DNA of 64,000 nucleotides from Candidatus Bathyarchaeota archaeon (GCA_963777155.1 CAVZPM010000002.1:1-64000); one strand, 5' to 3'; positions 19,637 through 30,086 are shown, counted from the first letter of the stretch. Translations and numbers: made by a program. The notes: generated from the sequence alone by a model not told the origin.

Positions 19637-20733
19637 TACAGAATCGAGTGGTGATGCTGGCGGACTTTGACTATTTCTTTGCTCAATGCGAAGAACTCCG
19701 CAATCCATCAATCAAAGACAAACCTGTGGTTGTCGGTGTATACTCTGGGCGCACTGAGGAAAGCGGAGCCGTAAGCACCAGCAACTATGTTGCCCGCAAA
19801 TACGGCGTCAAATCAGGTATGCCTCTGTTCTTGGCAAAACGCAAACTAGAAGGTACCGACCCAGTTTTCTTCAAGGTGGACCACGAATATTATGACCAAA
19901 TAAGCGATCGCATCATGCAGATTTTCCGGGGCTACGCAACCAGTCTGGAGCAGGTCAGCGTGGATGAAGCTTACTTGGACGTAAGTGAACAGGTTGAAGG
20001 AAGCTTTGAGAAAGCCCAAGATTATGGCCAAAAAATTAAGGCAGATGTTAAAACCAAAGTAGGAATTTCCTTCTCCATCGGTGTTGGTGCCAACAAGCTG
20101 ATCGCAAAAATCGCTTGCGACAGCCAAAAACCCGACGGTTTAACAATCATTAAACCCGAGAAAGCTAAGGCTTTTCTTGCACCACTAGCAGTTGACCGCC
20201 TCTTGGGTGTAGGGAAAAAAACTACCATACACATGGAGCAAATGGGAATTAAAACAATCGGTGACTTAGCCAAATACGATTGTCAAAGACTCATCGAAGT
20301 CTTCGGCAAAGTCATGGGCATATACTTTCATAATGCAGCCAATGCGATAGACAATGAACCCATCGTGGAACAGGGCGAAGCTGAATCAATTAGCCGCATT
20401 GGAACCCTGAAGCAGGATACGAGGGATTTGGATTTTATTCTGCAGAAAACAGACGAACTAACAGAATACGTTTTCAAAGACCTAACAGAAAGGAACCTGA
20501 GTTTTAAGTCAGTCTCTATCTACGTTGTTTTAGTTGATTTAAGCAGTAAAAACCGTTCAGTTACTCTTGAGCAACCAGCCAAAGACAAGGAAACCATCAC
20601 AAAAAACGTCAAGACACTTTTTGAGAAGTTTCTGGGTGAATCAACACTTGAAATAAGAAGGGTCGGAGTAAAAGTTTCAGGGTTCCATAAAGAAGAACTA
20701 CATCAGAAACAGTTGACGTTATTTTTCCAATAA
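19636..20733 (+). CDS. dinB: DNA polymerase IV (Y family)
   Basis: D.DYFFAQ, SNYVARKYGVKSGMP, SVDEAYLD, KPDG, GVGKKT; start is either ATA 19636 or GTG 19648. Confidence 0.94.
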   Translation: MQNRVVMLADFDYFFAQCEELRNPSIKDKPVVVGVYSGRTEESGAVSTSNYVARKYGVKSGMPLFLAKRKLEGTDPVFFKVDHEYYDQISDRIMQIFRGYATSLEQVSVDEAYLDVSEQVEGSFEKAQDYGQKIKADVKTKVGISFSIGVGANKLIAKIACDSQKPDGLTIIKPEKAKAFLAPLAVDRLLGVGKKTTIHMEQMGIKTIGDLAKYDCQRLIEVFGKVMGIYFHNAANAIDNEPIVEQGEAESISRIGTLKQDTRDLDFILQKTDELTEYVFKDLTERNLSFKSVSIYVVLVDLSSKNRSVTLEQPAKDKETITKNVKTLFEKFLGESTLEIRRVGVKVSGFHKEELHQKQLTLFFQ

Positions 20734-20825
20734 TAAAATGGCTCAATTTTTATATGGTCTTTTCTGGAATAAGCTTAAATCAAGCATAGAGAATAAATGG
20801 AAACCATACCCCTTGAGATGAAGAT

Positions 20826-21056
20826 ATGAAGCGAGAAGAAGCGCTAACCTTGTTAAAAGAATTGATGATTGCCTGCGAATCTACGCAGCTAGCACCTGTT
20901 GTTTCCTTGACACCGAATTCCAAACCCGGGCACTGGAAACTGAGCATCAAATGGGTTGATGACGAAGAAAAAGACTGCTTTAAGAAAATAATCCAGGAAA
21001 GAGGATTAAGAGCCATAAGAACAGATGATGGCTACACAACCTTTGTCAAAGCATAA
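20826..21056 (+). CDS. Hypothetical small protein
   Basis: 76-aa ORF with ATG start and normal composition. Confidence 0.6.
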   Translation: MKREEALTLLKELMIACESTQLAPVVSLTPNSKPGHWKLSIKWVDDEEKDCFKKIIQERGLRAIRTDDGYTTFVKA

Positions 21057-21130
21057 ACTTGTTTTATTGTCTCAATTTTGAGTCAGTAACCTTTATTTTT
21101 ACAGTAACACTTTTCTACTTTAGTGGTCTT

Positions 21131-21721
21131 TTGTCGCCTGAAAAAAAACCAAGACTTCCACCCGACCAAACAGTCACCGAACACATCTTGCGCTGGGGAT
21201 ATGACCATCCAGGCATAACCTCCACAAACCCGCAGCTAAAACTGGAAAACTACACCTTGACCATCGATGGCGAAGTAGAAAAACCAGTGACGATGAACTG
21301 GAAGGATTTTTTGGCGTTGCCGCAGTCGGTTTCAGTTAGTGATTTTCATTGTGTCGAAGGCTGGAGCGTGTTGGATTGTAAGTGGGAAGGCGTACGCATC
21401 CGAGACATAGAAAAACTTGTCAAGCCCAAATCGGTGGCGCGAGCAGTGTCGTTTGAGTGCGCCGACAACTATCTGACTTCGCTTTTCCGTGAGGAACTTT
21501 CAGGGGATGATGTGCTGTTAGCTTACAAACTGAACGGTGAACTGCTTGAGGAAGGTTTGGGAGCTCCTGTGAGGCTTATTGTTCCTAGTAAATATGCGTA
21601 TAAGAGTGCACTCTGGGTGGTGCGTTTACGGTTTACAAGGAACAAAGAGTTGGGATTTTGGGAGCGGCGCGGATACAGTGACAACGCAGATGTATGGAAA
21701 AACGACCGTTTCAACCGCTAA
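21131..21721 (+). CDS. Molybdopterin-dependent oxidoreductase (sulfite oxidase/MsrP-like)
   Basis: RLPPDQ, DFHCVEGWS, GAPVRLIVPSKYAYKSA, GFWERRGY. Confidence 0.88.
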   Translation: MSPEKKPRLPPDQTVTEHILRWGYDHPGITSTNPQLKLENYTLTIDGEVEKPVTMNWKDFLALPQSVSVSDFHCVEGWSVLDCKWEGVRIRDIEKLVKPKSVARAVSFECADNYLTSLFREELSGDDVLLAYKLNGELLEEGLGAPVRLIVPSKYAYKSALWVVRLRFTRNKELGFWERRGYSDNADVWKNDRFNR

Positions 21722-21722
21722 T

Positions 21723-21759
21723 CTGCAAGGTTAACTGTTTAGAATTAAACAGTTTGCAG
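21723..21759 (+). terminator. Stem-loop after the oxidoreductase gene
   Basis: AACTGTTTA-GAAT-TAAACAGTT perfect 9-bp stem flanked by CTGCA/TGCAG. Confidence 0.4.
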
Positions 21760-21876
21760 GCTACAATTGTTTATTGTTTACAATATTAATTTAGGATTCG
21801 CAAGCGATTTATAACTCAGGATAAAGTTTATAAGTGAAATCTCATATTTCGTTGGCTCTTCACGAGGTCGAAAAAA

Positions 21877-22017
21877 ATGTCGCAACAAGATCAAGAAAGA
21901 CCGCAAGAAATAATCGCTGAAATTTCCGCTACTACAGCGGATGCAGGTAACTTAAAGGTCTCTTCAAAAAAACGAAAAGAAGACGCAAAACAAACACTAT
22001 ACCTAAAGAGAATGTAA
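21877..22017 (+). CDS. Putative 46-aa small protein
   Basis: MSQQDQERPQEIIAEISATTADAGNLKV...; preceded by a BRE/TATA-like AAAGTTTATAAG and GAGGT SD. Confidence 0.45.
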   Translation: MSQQDQERPQEIIAEISATTADAGNLKVSSKKRKEDAKQTLYLKRM

Positions 22018-22077
22018 AACCAACATAATCTATGTTAGGCGCTTTTAACTCTTTTATATTTGATTCTAACCGTCTAA

Positions 22078-22545
22078 TTGAAACAAGAGGAAAAACCCTT
22101 GAATTATACCGAAGCAAACCTTGGAAGAATCTTCATCCTCAGACTCCAACACAACGAAACACTCCATGAAGTCATAGAAGAATTCGCGACCCAAAAACAA
22201 GTTAAAAGCGCTCTCTGCTTTTTTCTAGGCGGTGCCCAAGACCAAAGCAAAGTAGTCGTGGGACCCAAAGACGGTGACGCAATGCCTCCTCAACCAATGG
22301 TGGCTCTCTTGAAGGGTGTCCATGAAGCATGTGGAGTAGGAACAATCTTTACAGATGAAAAAGGTAAGCCTAAGTTGCATATGCATGCGAGTTTTGGACG
22401 AAACGACAACTCAGTTACAGGTTGTGTGCGGTTGGGTGTGGATGTTTGGCAAATTGGTGAAGTGGTAATTTTGGAGTTAACGGGTAGCTCAGCTAAGAGG
22501 ACAAGGAACAAGCAAACAGGTTTCGAGTTCTTGGAAACTAATTAG
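22078..22545 (+). CDS. PPC/DUF296 domain protein
   Basis: GRIFILRL, HE..G.GTI, LHMHASFGR. Confidence 0.85.
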   Translation: MKQEEKPLNYTEANLGRIFILRLQHNETLHEVIEEFATQKQVKSALCFFLGGAQDQSKVVVGPKDGDAMPPQPMVALLKGVHEACGVGTIFTDEKGKPKLHMHASFGRNDNSVTGCVRLGVDVWQIGEVVILELTGSSAKRTRNKQTGFEFLETN

Positions 22546-22548
22546 TTG

Positions 22549-24231
22549 TCAACCCAGAAAACGAACTAGAAAGAGCCTAAACCCTTTATTGTCTGCGAAG
22601 TCACCGAAGAAAGGTTGGTCTTGTGGGTCGCCGAACCTGTGAGTGTCGTAAATCATCGTTTGGACCTGTGCGTAATCTAGGGTTGTGTTGAAGAACGTTG
22701 TGTGGGGTCCCCAGTCGAAGAGTATTATGTATTTGACGTTGCGTTCTTGGCATAAACTGACAAATTCAGTGATGTTGAAGTTAGGAGTGAAAGCATCAAC
22801 CGCGAGTGAAGGGTACTGCCAGATTTGGTCGCTTGGCAAGTTCTTAGGTAGGTAGAAGCGGAACATATCTTGGTTAAGCAGGTTGAAGGCACAGACCAGT
22901 ACAGCGGATTGGTTTTGGTTTAAATGCTCTGCCATATAGTTTGTTGCTTCTTGAATTGGGATATGAATCTGGTCTCTAATCGTCATCTGGTAAGCGTTAT
23001 AGGTGGAGTAAGCAACCGCAGAAGCTATTATGACTATGAATAATAATGCTGCAAGCTTCTTCAAGCGATCAGCTTTGATGCCTACCTGTTTGGGCTTCCA
23101 GGCGCGGACAATGCTGTAGAGGAACATAATGAAACATGCGGCGGAGATGGCCAAAATGGGGAAAAGTGGTGTTACATACCGCCATTGCCTGTTGGGGATA
23201 AGTGTAAAGAAAACATACACCACGATAAACCAGGTTAGGAAGAATATGTCCTGTTTTCTTCTTCGGTAAGCAAACAATCCCAATCCACATAATCCTAAAG
23301 CAAAGATGGGTAGAGAGATGGGGTGGACGGCTAAATCGTTGAAGGGCCAGACCATTTCAGTTAGGTAGTACACTGGGATGGGTTGGAAGCGATTGCTGTA
23401 TGCAGGGCGATCCTGTCCTCCTTCACTCATAACGTACTGCAATGTTTGGAACTTGGTTATTCCATCGTAGTGGTAAATCATCACAAACCATGGCATTACA
23501 ACCAAGACTGCGATAGCAAAAATCAGCAGGAACTTTGTTAAGTTAAGTTTTAGTCGTTTTCTGCCTAGAAACAGAATGCTCAGCATCATTGCCAACGCGG
23601 CTACAACGATCTGATACTTGGCTAATATGCCGATGCCTAAGGCTAAACCGCTATAGATCAATGCGCGGTTGCTGTTATCCTTGCTTAGCCAGATGTAGAA
23701 GGCAAACATGACTAATGTAAAGAAGAAAATGAGCATAGTTTCCAGCATAGTGACTCTGGAGAGCCAAAAGAACCCAGGCATTGTGCCTAAAAGGACACTT
23801 GCGACTAAGGCGTTTTTTACTCCATAAGTTCGTTTGGTGAACTCGAAAAGCAGCCAAATCGCCAACACAGAGAAAGTAACAGCGACCAGTCGCCCCGCAA
23901 CCTCGTTGATGCCAAAAACGAGGAAGTACCCCGTTGTCACCAAGTCAAAGAGAGGTGGATAGTAGCCGTAGGTGGTCATATAATCCCATGTTTGCCCTCT
24001 AATTAGGAGTAAACCACCGTTGAGGTGGGGCATTTCATCCCACTGAACCGACATGTAACCCAAATTGTACAAGGCAGAAGCCGCAAACACGATCAAGAAA
24101 GCAGCAAGCATTAATCTGTACTTGTGCTTTTTTACGAATCCCATTCTACTAAAAGCAGAATGTTCGCTGGTACTTGCGGTTTGGGTAATGGTTAGCGACC
24201 CCTTTTTAAACTGAGAATTAGTCGGCTGCAT
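22549..24231 (-). CDS. Glycosyltransferase family 39 (ArnT/PMT-like)
   Basis: WDE, YPPLF, GRL, LAKY, RY..P; multi-TM. Confidence 0.85.
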   Translation of the reverse strand: MQPTNSQFKKGSLTITQTASTSEHSAFSRMGFVKKHKYRLMLAAFLIVFAASALYNLGYMSVQWDEMPHLNGGLLLIRGQTWDYMTTYGYYPPLFDLVTTGYFLVFGINEVAGRLVAVTFSVLAIWLLFEFTKRTYGVKNALVASVLLGTMPGFFWLSRVTMLETMLIFFFTLVMFAFYIWLSKDNSNRALIYSGLALGIGILAKYQIVVAALAMMLSILFLGRKRLKLNLTKFLLIFAIAVLVVMPWFVMIYHYDGITKFQTLQYVMSEGGQDRPAYSNRFQPIPVYYLTEMVWPFNDLAVHPISLPIFALGLCGLGLFAYRRRKQDIFFLTWFIVVYVFFTLIPNRQWRYVTPLFPILAISAACFIMFLYSIVRAWKPKQVGIKADRLKKLAALLFIVIIASAVAYSTYNAYQMTIRDQIHIPIQEATNYMAEHLNQNQSAVLVCAFNLLNQDMFRFYLPKNLPSDQIWQYPSLAVDAFTPNFNITEFVSLCQERNVKYIILFDWGPHTTFFNTTLDYAQVQTMIYDTHRFGDPQDQPFFGDFADNKGFRLFLVRFLG

Positions 24232-24346
24232 CTAAAAAGAGTTTGCGATACCTCATAGAATGTAGCCTTCAGAACTTTTCAAGAAATACGCAATTCATTT
24301 ATGGCAAAGAAACATTGTTTCCAGTTCAGGAAGGCCAGATTACCAG

Positions 24347-25072
24347 TTGAAACGAGGGGCATCTGACAAAGAAATTTCAATCTTACTGCCAGCCTACAAC
24401 GAGGCAGCGCAGATTGAAGAGTGCGTGCTCCAAGTTGAAGCCGCCGTTCGCTCCTTCTCCAAATCATACGAGATAATCGTATCTGAAGACGGAAGCACCG
24501 ACGGCACTGACCTAATCGTGGCAAAAATGGCTAAGCGTAACCCGAACTTGTTTCTATTGCATTCATCTGCCAGGCTTGGAAAGGGCAAAGGCATCAAAAA
24601 CGCACTCAGCTTCTCCAAAGGCAAAATCATCACATTTATGGATGTAGATTTAGCAACGGATCTTGGTTGTTTGCCTACACTTCTGAGAGTAGTTAAAGAA
24701 AATGGTGGCATGGCAATTGGATCACGGCACGTAAAAGGATCAGTGGTACAGAGGCGAGCACCCCGAACTCTATTCAGTTTGACATACAACCTCTTCGTTA
24801 GGTTGCTGTTTCTTGATGGGATCCACGACCACCAATGTGGTTTCAAAACGATGAGCCGTGAAGTCGCCGAGGTGGTACTGAACAATTCAAAGTCAGACGG
24901 CTACTTCTTTGATACAGAAATGATTGTTCGCTGCAAAAAACTCGGCTACCCCGTAGTGGAGGTTCCTGTACGTTGGGCTGAAAGGAACAAGGGCGAATCC
25001 AAAGTTAGTCCTGTCAAAGACGCCAAGAAGATAGGACTCGAAATGTTGGCTTTCAGATTCAACCGCAAATAG
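24347..25072 (+). CDS. GT2 polyprenyl-phosphate glycosyltransferase
   Basis: LPAYNE, EDGSTDGT, GKG, MDVD, DHQCGFK, FFDTE. Confidence 0.9.
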   Translation: MKRGASDKEISILLPAYNEAAQIEECVLQVEAAVRSFSKSYEIIVSEDGSTDGTDLIVAKMAKRNPNLFLLHSSARLGKGKGIKNALSFSKGKIITFMDVDLATDLGCLPTLLRVVKENGGMAIGSRHVKGSVVQRRAPRTLFSLTYNLFVRLLFLDGIHDHQCGFKTMSREVAEVVLNNSKSDGYFFDTEMIVRCKKLGYPVVEVPVRWAERNKGESKVSPVKDAKKIGLEMLAFRFNRK

Positions 25073-25078
25073 CAACTT

Positions 25079-25825
25079 TTACCATCTGCCAGTCGAACCG
25101 CCACCACCCGAACGACCCCCCCGAGATTTGCCGCCAAAAACCCCGCCAAAAACTCCCAGCAACGCAAGTACAACAATCAGCCAAAGGGGCATTCCATAGA
25201 AATTGTAGTCCCAGAACGGGGTTGGTGTCGGTGCTGGTTCTGAGGTGTCTTCATAGTAATAGTAGCCTCTAGTAGGCAGATTGTTGGGTTGATTGCTAGT
25301 TGGGATTTGCTCACCTAATGCGACAACTGTGTCGTATAATCCTTCGCCGTAATTGCCGTCTTGGAAGGCGGGAACCAGATATTTTTGGGCAATCAGGTTT
25401 GTTTCAATGTCGGTTATGTCTCCTTCTAAACCGTAGCCGACCTCTATCCGCCATTGACGTTCGTCTAAAGCTACTAAAACCAACAGGCCGTTGTCTTTTC
25501 CGCTTTTACCGATGCCTGTTTGTGTCCCACTGTAAACGTCTAGTGGCATATCGTTAAAAACATAAACGCCCAGCTGGACGATATCGTTGATTTCTTGTCC
25601 TGTGCTGTCTTTGATGCCGTGTCCATAAAGGGATTGGAACACGCAGACTACGATTTCAGAAGTTGTGTTCGCGTCGATGTCATAAGCGTAACTTTCGATG
25701 CTGTCTACCCAACTAGAGTCAACGATGAATGCCTTGGATGGAAAAATAAAAAGCGTTGGTGACAACAAAAGAACAACAAAGATGAAAACGTAACTGCGTT
25801 TACCAAGCAAATCTTTCGTCCTCAA
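25079..25825 (-). CDS. TPM domain-containing protein
   Basis: GIGKSGKDNGLLVLVA, RIEVGYGLEG, GGRSGGGGSTGRW tail. Confidence 0.88.
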   Translation of the reverse strand: MRTKDLLGKRSYVFIFVVLLLSPTLFIFPSKAFIVDSSWVDSIESYAYDIDANTTSEIVVCVFQSLYGHGIKDSTGQEINDIVQLGVYVFNDMPLDVYSGTQTGIGKSGKDNGLLVLVALDERQWRIEVGYGLEGDITDIETNLIAQKYLVPAFQDGNYGEGLYDTVVALGEQIPTSNQPNNLPTRGYYYYEDTSEPAPTPTPFWDYNFYGMPLWLIVVLALLGVFGGVFGGKSRGGRSGGGGSTGRW

Positions 25826-26421
25826 ACGCTTAAAGGTTCACTGCCGGAACCGCTGTGGCGCCAACTTGGGCTTGGAAATACGCCTTTGCGGTGTACCCCC
25901 ACCCAGCGAGTCCAGAGGTTAGCGGGAAAAACTTGGATGGCAGTGTTGTAGCTTCTCACTGCGTCGTTGAACCTTATGCGTTCAGTGGATATTCTGTTTT
26001 CGGTACCCTCCAAAGTTATCATCAACGATTGCACAACATCAGAGGCTTGAAGATTTGGGTATGCTTCAAAAGTAACAATCAGCGAGGAAATCCCCGACTC
26101 CATTGCACTGGTGGCACTGTTGATGGAGTCAAGATTGCCGCTTTGTTCAGCATTCATCCATTGACTTCGAAGCGCAGTTATATTCTGCAGGATTGAGCCT
26201 TCATAAGTTATGTACGCCCTTGCGGCATCAACAACGTTGGGAATTAAGTCGTATCTTCTCTGGAGCTGGACATCTACATTTGCCCAAGCGTTCTCTGTAG
26301 AAGCGTTTAAGCCTACGATGTTGTTGTAAGTGACAAAATACAGCGCTGCAAAACTAGCAACCAAGATGACTACGATGATCGCAACTACAATAATAAGAAA
26401 TTTAGCATTCATAACTCTCAC
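25822..26421 (-). CDS. lemA: LemA family protein (C-terminal frameshift likely)
   Basis: VQLQRRYDLIPN, EAYPNLQA, TENRISTER.RFN..V..YN. Confidence 0.9.
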   Translation of the reverse strand: MRVMNAKFLIIVVAIIVVILVASFAALYFVTYNNIVGLNASTENAWANVDVQLQRRYDLIPNVVDAARAYITYEGSILQNITALRSQWMNAEQSGNLDSINSATSAMESGISSLIVTFEAYPNLQASDVVQSLMITLEGTENRISTERIRFNDAVRSYNTAIQVFPANLWTRWVGVHRKGVFPSPSWRHSGSGSEPLSV

Positions 26422-26510
26422 TTTATAATGCTAAATCGGGTTTCTTTCATATATTTATTGCGAAGGCCGCAACCGAAAGGAGCTGAATTGGTGGATGGGC
26501 AATTGAATCT

Positions 26511-27170
26511 TTAGTAGCTCTTTATTTTTGCCATTCGCCTTAACCTGAGGAACTGTTGTTTCAGGTTAAGAATTGGCGGCACAGGCCGACCTTGAGGACT
26601 ACAACGACCATCTACAATAGCTTCAGCAATAGCTTCAACACTGGGTTCAGCTGCCTCAATCTCGGTGTAGCTGAAACCGATTTGAGGACCATAATGGGCG
26701 TCTGTTCCAGCAACCCTCGCAAGCTTCAGGCGGTCAGCAGTTTCTTGTGCTCTTCTTACACTGCGATTGAATGGAATAGCCCGTGCATTTATCACTTCGA
26801 TAGCGTCAAAGGTTGCACAGACCTTCTCTTTTAGGCATCCTTTGAACAGGACATAAGGATGGCATGCTACGGCAACTCCTCCCGCCTGATGGATTCGCTC
26901 AACAGTTTCCACGGCGCTGTAGCCTTTGGGGATTAATTCGTGGATGTTTAAGGCGACGATGTGCCCATCTGCGCTGGAAACCTCCATGCCAGGAATTATT
27001 AGAAAGTCGGTTTCTTTAGCGATTTTGTAGGCACCATCGAGTTGGTTGTGGTCGGTGACGGCTACAGCGTTCAGCCCACGCTTCTTCGCATAATAAACGA
27101 GGTCTTTGGGGGTTATCAGTGAATCTTTCGAGTAGGTGGTGTGAACGTGGAGGTCAGCTCTTATCAGCAT
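26511..27170 (-). CDS. PHP-domain metal-dependent phosphoesterase
   Basis: DLHVHT, TDHN, GMEVS..GH, HP, GTDAH. Confidence 0.9.
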   Translation of the reverse strand: MLIRADLHVHTTYSKDSLITPKDLVYYAKKRGLNAVAVTDHNQLDGAYKIAKETDFLIIPGMEVSSADGHIVALNIHELIPKGYSAVETVERIHQAGGVAVACHPYVLFKGCLKEKVCATFDAIEVINARAIPFNRSVRRAQETADRLKLARVAGTDAHYGPQIGFSYTEIEAAEPSVEAIAEAIVDGRCSPQGRPVPPILNLKQQFLRLRRMAKIKSY

Positions 27171-27180
27171 TTGTTAGCCT

Positions 27181-28884
27181 CTATTTTGGAGGTGCCTTAG
27201 CTCTTATCTGCGCCAACATTTCATCAAGTTTTGCTTCATCAGCATCGATTTTATGGAACAGCGGTGTTGGCTTCGAGATTTTATGTCCTGCCTCTATTGG
27301 CTTTGTTGCGTCATTCCAGCTACTTTTACCTACGCTCTCGGGGAGATTCAGTGTCTGCCAAAGTTGCTGTGCCGTTTGGGGGATGAAGGGCTCCGAAATC
27401 ACGGCGATTGCCTTTACCACTTGAGCGGCCACGTAGAAGATAGTGCCCGCTTTCTCTTTATCAGTCTTCATCAGGTTCCAGGGCTCCTTTGTGTTGAGAT
27501 ATTGGTTGCCTATGCGGCTAATCGCTATAAGCGTGTTTGCAGCCGATTGTAGCCATCCGTCTTCGATTTCTTTGGCAGCTTGCTCAACCTTCTCTTTCAC
27601 AGTTTGCAACACGGCTTCATCGTCTTTGTCAAGCTTCATCGGAGCTGGGATTTGCCCATCGAACTTGCTGTATATGAAGCTAAGTGTCCGATGGATGAAG
27701 TTGCCGAATGTATCGTTTAAGTCAGCATTGATTTTTTCAGTGAACGCAGTCCATGTGAAATTGGTATCCTTGCTCTCGGGTCTTGTAGCTATAAGGAAGA
27801 ATCGCCAATAATCTACTGGGAACATTTCTAGGGCTTCATCAATCCATATGCCAACCCTCTGGCTCTTCGATGCTTTCTGACCACGGAACTGGAGGAATTC
27901 AGTGGCGGAAACGTTCCATGGCAAATTATAACCCTGTCCCGAAGCCAAAAGGAGCGCTGGCAGAATGATTGTATGAAAGGGGATATTGTCTTTGCCTACA
28001 AAATAGAGGGTTTTCGCATCTTTATCAAACCAGAACTCGCGCCACTTCTCAGGCTTCCCCAAACGTTGGCACTGCTCAATAGTTGCAGAAACGTAACCTA
28101 AAACGGCATCGACCCAAACGTAGATGGTTTTGCCCTCTGCTCCTTGGAAGGGAGCTGATATACCCCATTCAACGTCTCGGGTGACCGCACGGGGTTTTAA
28201 GCCCTCTTTTATCCAGTTTAAGCTAAAATTCTTGACGTTAACTGGCAACTGTTTGTTATCTTTCAAGAATTGGGTTAATTGCTCGGAGAGTTTGGAGAGG
28301 TCGATATACCAATGCCGGGTGGTCTTAACGGCGGGCTTGCTTTTACAGATGACGCAGTATGGGTCAACCAAAGCGGTGGGTTCCAAGAGCTTGCCGCAGC
28401 TGTCACATTGGTCACCCCTAGCTTTCTCACACCCACAATAGGGACATTTTCCTTCCACGAAACGGTCGGGCAGGAAACGCTGGTCATGCTCACAATAAAG
28501 CATCTGGGTGTCTTGAGCAAAGATATAACCATTCTTCTGTATCTCCAACAAAGTCTTCTGAACGAATTCCTTGTGGATTGGGCTCTCGGTGCTAGTGTAG
28601 TTGTCAAAGGAAGCATCCCATCGCCGGAAGAGTTCAGTCACTTTGGCGTGGTTGCGGTCGGTCAAAGCCTTGGGTGTAATACCTTGTTTTATAGCCTCCA
28701 CTTCAATGGGTGTGCCGTGAGTGTCGGAACCGCTTACCATCAACACATCGCTGCCTTTTAGCCTGTAATAACGGGCTGTAACATCAGCGGACAGGACCGA
28801 ACCAACAAGATTACCAAGATGTGGCGTGACATTGATGTAAGGCCAAGCAGATGTAACTAAAACTTTTTCGGGCAAAGGTATCAT
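27181..28884 (-). CDS. metG: Methionine--tRNA ligase
   Basis: TSAWPY..HLGN, Zn knuckles, GKDNIPFH, KASKS. Confidence 0.96.
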   Translation of the reverse strand: MIPLPEKVLVTSAWPYINVTPHLGNLVGSVLSADVTARYYRLKGSDVLMVSGSDTHGTPIEVEAIKQGITPKALTDRNHAKVTELFRRWDASFDNYTSTESPIHKEFVQKTLLEIQKNGYIFAQDTQMLYCEHDQRFLPDRFVEGKCPYCGCEKARGDQCDSCGKLLEPTALVDPYCVICKSKPAVKTTRHWYIDLSKLSEQLTQFLKDNKQLPVNVKNFSLNWIKEGLKPRAVTRDVEWGISAPFQGAEGKTIYVWVDAVLGYVSATIEQCQRLGKPEKWREFWFDKDAKTLYFVGKDNIPFHTIILPALLLASGQGYNLPWNVSATEFLQFRGQKASKSQRVGIWIDEALEMFPVDYWRFFLIATRPESKDTNFTWTAFTEKINADLNDTFGNFIHRTLSFIYSKFDGQIPAPMKLDKDDEAVLQTVKEKVEQAAKEIEDGWLQSAANTLIAISRIGNQYLNTKEPWNLMKTDKEKAGTIFYVAAQVVKAIAVISEPFIPQTAQQLWQTLNLPESVGKSSWNDATKPIEAGHKISKPTPLFHKIDADEAKLDEMLAQIRAKAPPK

Positions 28885-29015
28885 CAACAAATCGTTTGGT
28901 GCCAACCTTATTAAAATTGCTATAACACTTGAACACACAGTTATCGCAAAGAAAGGAAACTGTTTGGTAATGCTTAAATTGTGAAAAAGTGATAGCCGTA
29001 ACTTGAGGTTTCACT

Positions 29016-30086
29016 TTGCCTTATTGTCGTAGATGCGGCACAAAACTTGATGAGGATGCGCATTTCTGCCATAAATGCGGAACCCCCGTCTCCACATACA
29101 ATTATGTCTCTCCTCCTACGTCAGCTCCGTTGAAACCGATTAGAAAAGACCCGGTAGTCATTGCAGCGATTGTGTTGGTTTCAATTCTGGTCGTAGGTGT
29201 TGTTGTCGCAGCCTTGTTTACCACACCGTTCATTAACGTAAGTATTGGACAAACCTACCAAGATAACACCGCAGACATTAACAAGTTAAACTTTAACTTT
29301 GAATCTAATCAGGCACAAGTTAATGTTTTCACCATAGATATGAACAACAATAATTTTGTAATTGAGATCCAGGGATCAGCTGCCAAAGGCATGTCCGGCG
29401 GCAACAGCGACAGCCCGATACAATTCACCCTCTACAATGATACCACAAACGGAGTCCAAACGGTTACAATTAAGCTTGAGGAGTCAACCACTTTTTCCAG
29501 ATACAAGGTAGTTTGCAACATATACGTTAACCCTGCTTTGACCATAAACCTAAACATAACGTCGAAAGCAGGCCAAGTCAGCCTCACCAACGATAAGCCC
29601 ACAACTTTTGAGTCCATAAACCTGGAGGCGTCAGCTGGAGCTGTAGGAGCAAACCTCCAAAACGCGACTGTCACAGGGAATGTTACTCTTAGAACTCAAG
29701 CGGGAACGGTTGATTTTCGGACAAGCCAAATAGTTGTTGAAGGAAACAACACCATCGATCTACATTCAAACGCTGGATCTATAAACATGGACTTAACACA
29801 GACAAAGACTCTTCAAGGAAACCTTCAGGTAAACGCTACCGCTGAATTGGGCTCAGTAAACGTTGGCCTCTCTATAGATGGTGCTGTCGGAGCAAAAATC
29901 ATCTCACAAACCACCTTAGGAAGCATTCATACAAATCTTCAGCATTTCTCAGGCAACCAATCCCTCCTACAATCAGACAATTACCCTACAGCAGGAAACA
30001 TTGAAATAAACAACCGGACAAACTTGGGTAATATTGACATAAACGCTATTTACCAGTCAACATCTAGCCCCTACTTGAGAAACTGA
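29016..30086 (+). CDS. Zinc-ribbon + TM + DUF4097-like adhesin domain protein
   Basis: YCRRCG...FCHKCG, one TM, repeated S..G.(V/I) beta motifs. Confidence 0.75.
   Translation: MPYCRRCGTKLDEDAHFCHKCGTPVSTYNYVSPPTSAPLKPIRKDPVVIAAIVLVSILVVGVVVAALFTTPFINVSIGQTYQDNTADINKLNFNFESNQAQVNVFTIDMNNNNFVIEIQGSAAKGMSGGNSDSPIQFTLYNDTTNGVQTVTIKLEESTTFSRYKVVCNIYVNPALTINLNITSKAGQVSLTNDKPTTFESINLEASAGAVGANLQNATVTGNVTLRTQAGTVDFRTSQIVVEGNNTIDLHSNAGSINMDLTQTKTLQGNLQVNATAELGSVNVGLSIDGAVGAKIISQTTLGSIHTNLQHFSGNQSLLQSDNYPTAGNIEINNRTNLGNIDINAIYQSTSSPYLRN

Noticed and set aside
25079-26421. lemA + TPM pair as a novel system
   Set aside because: A widespread, well-known gene pair
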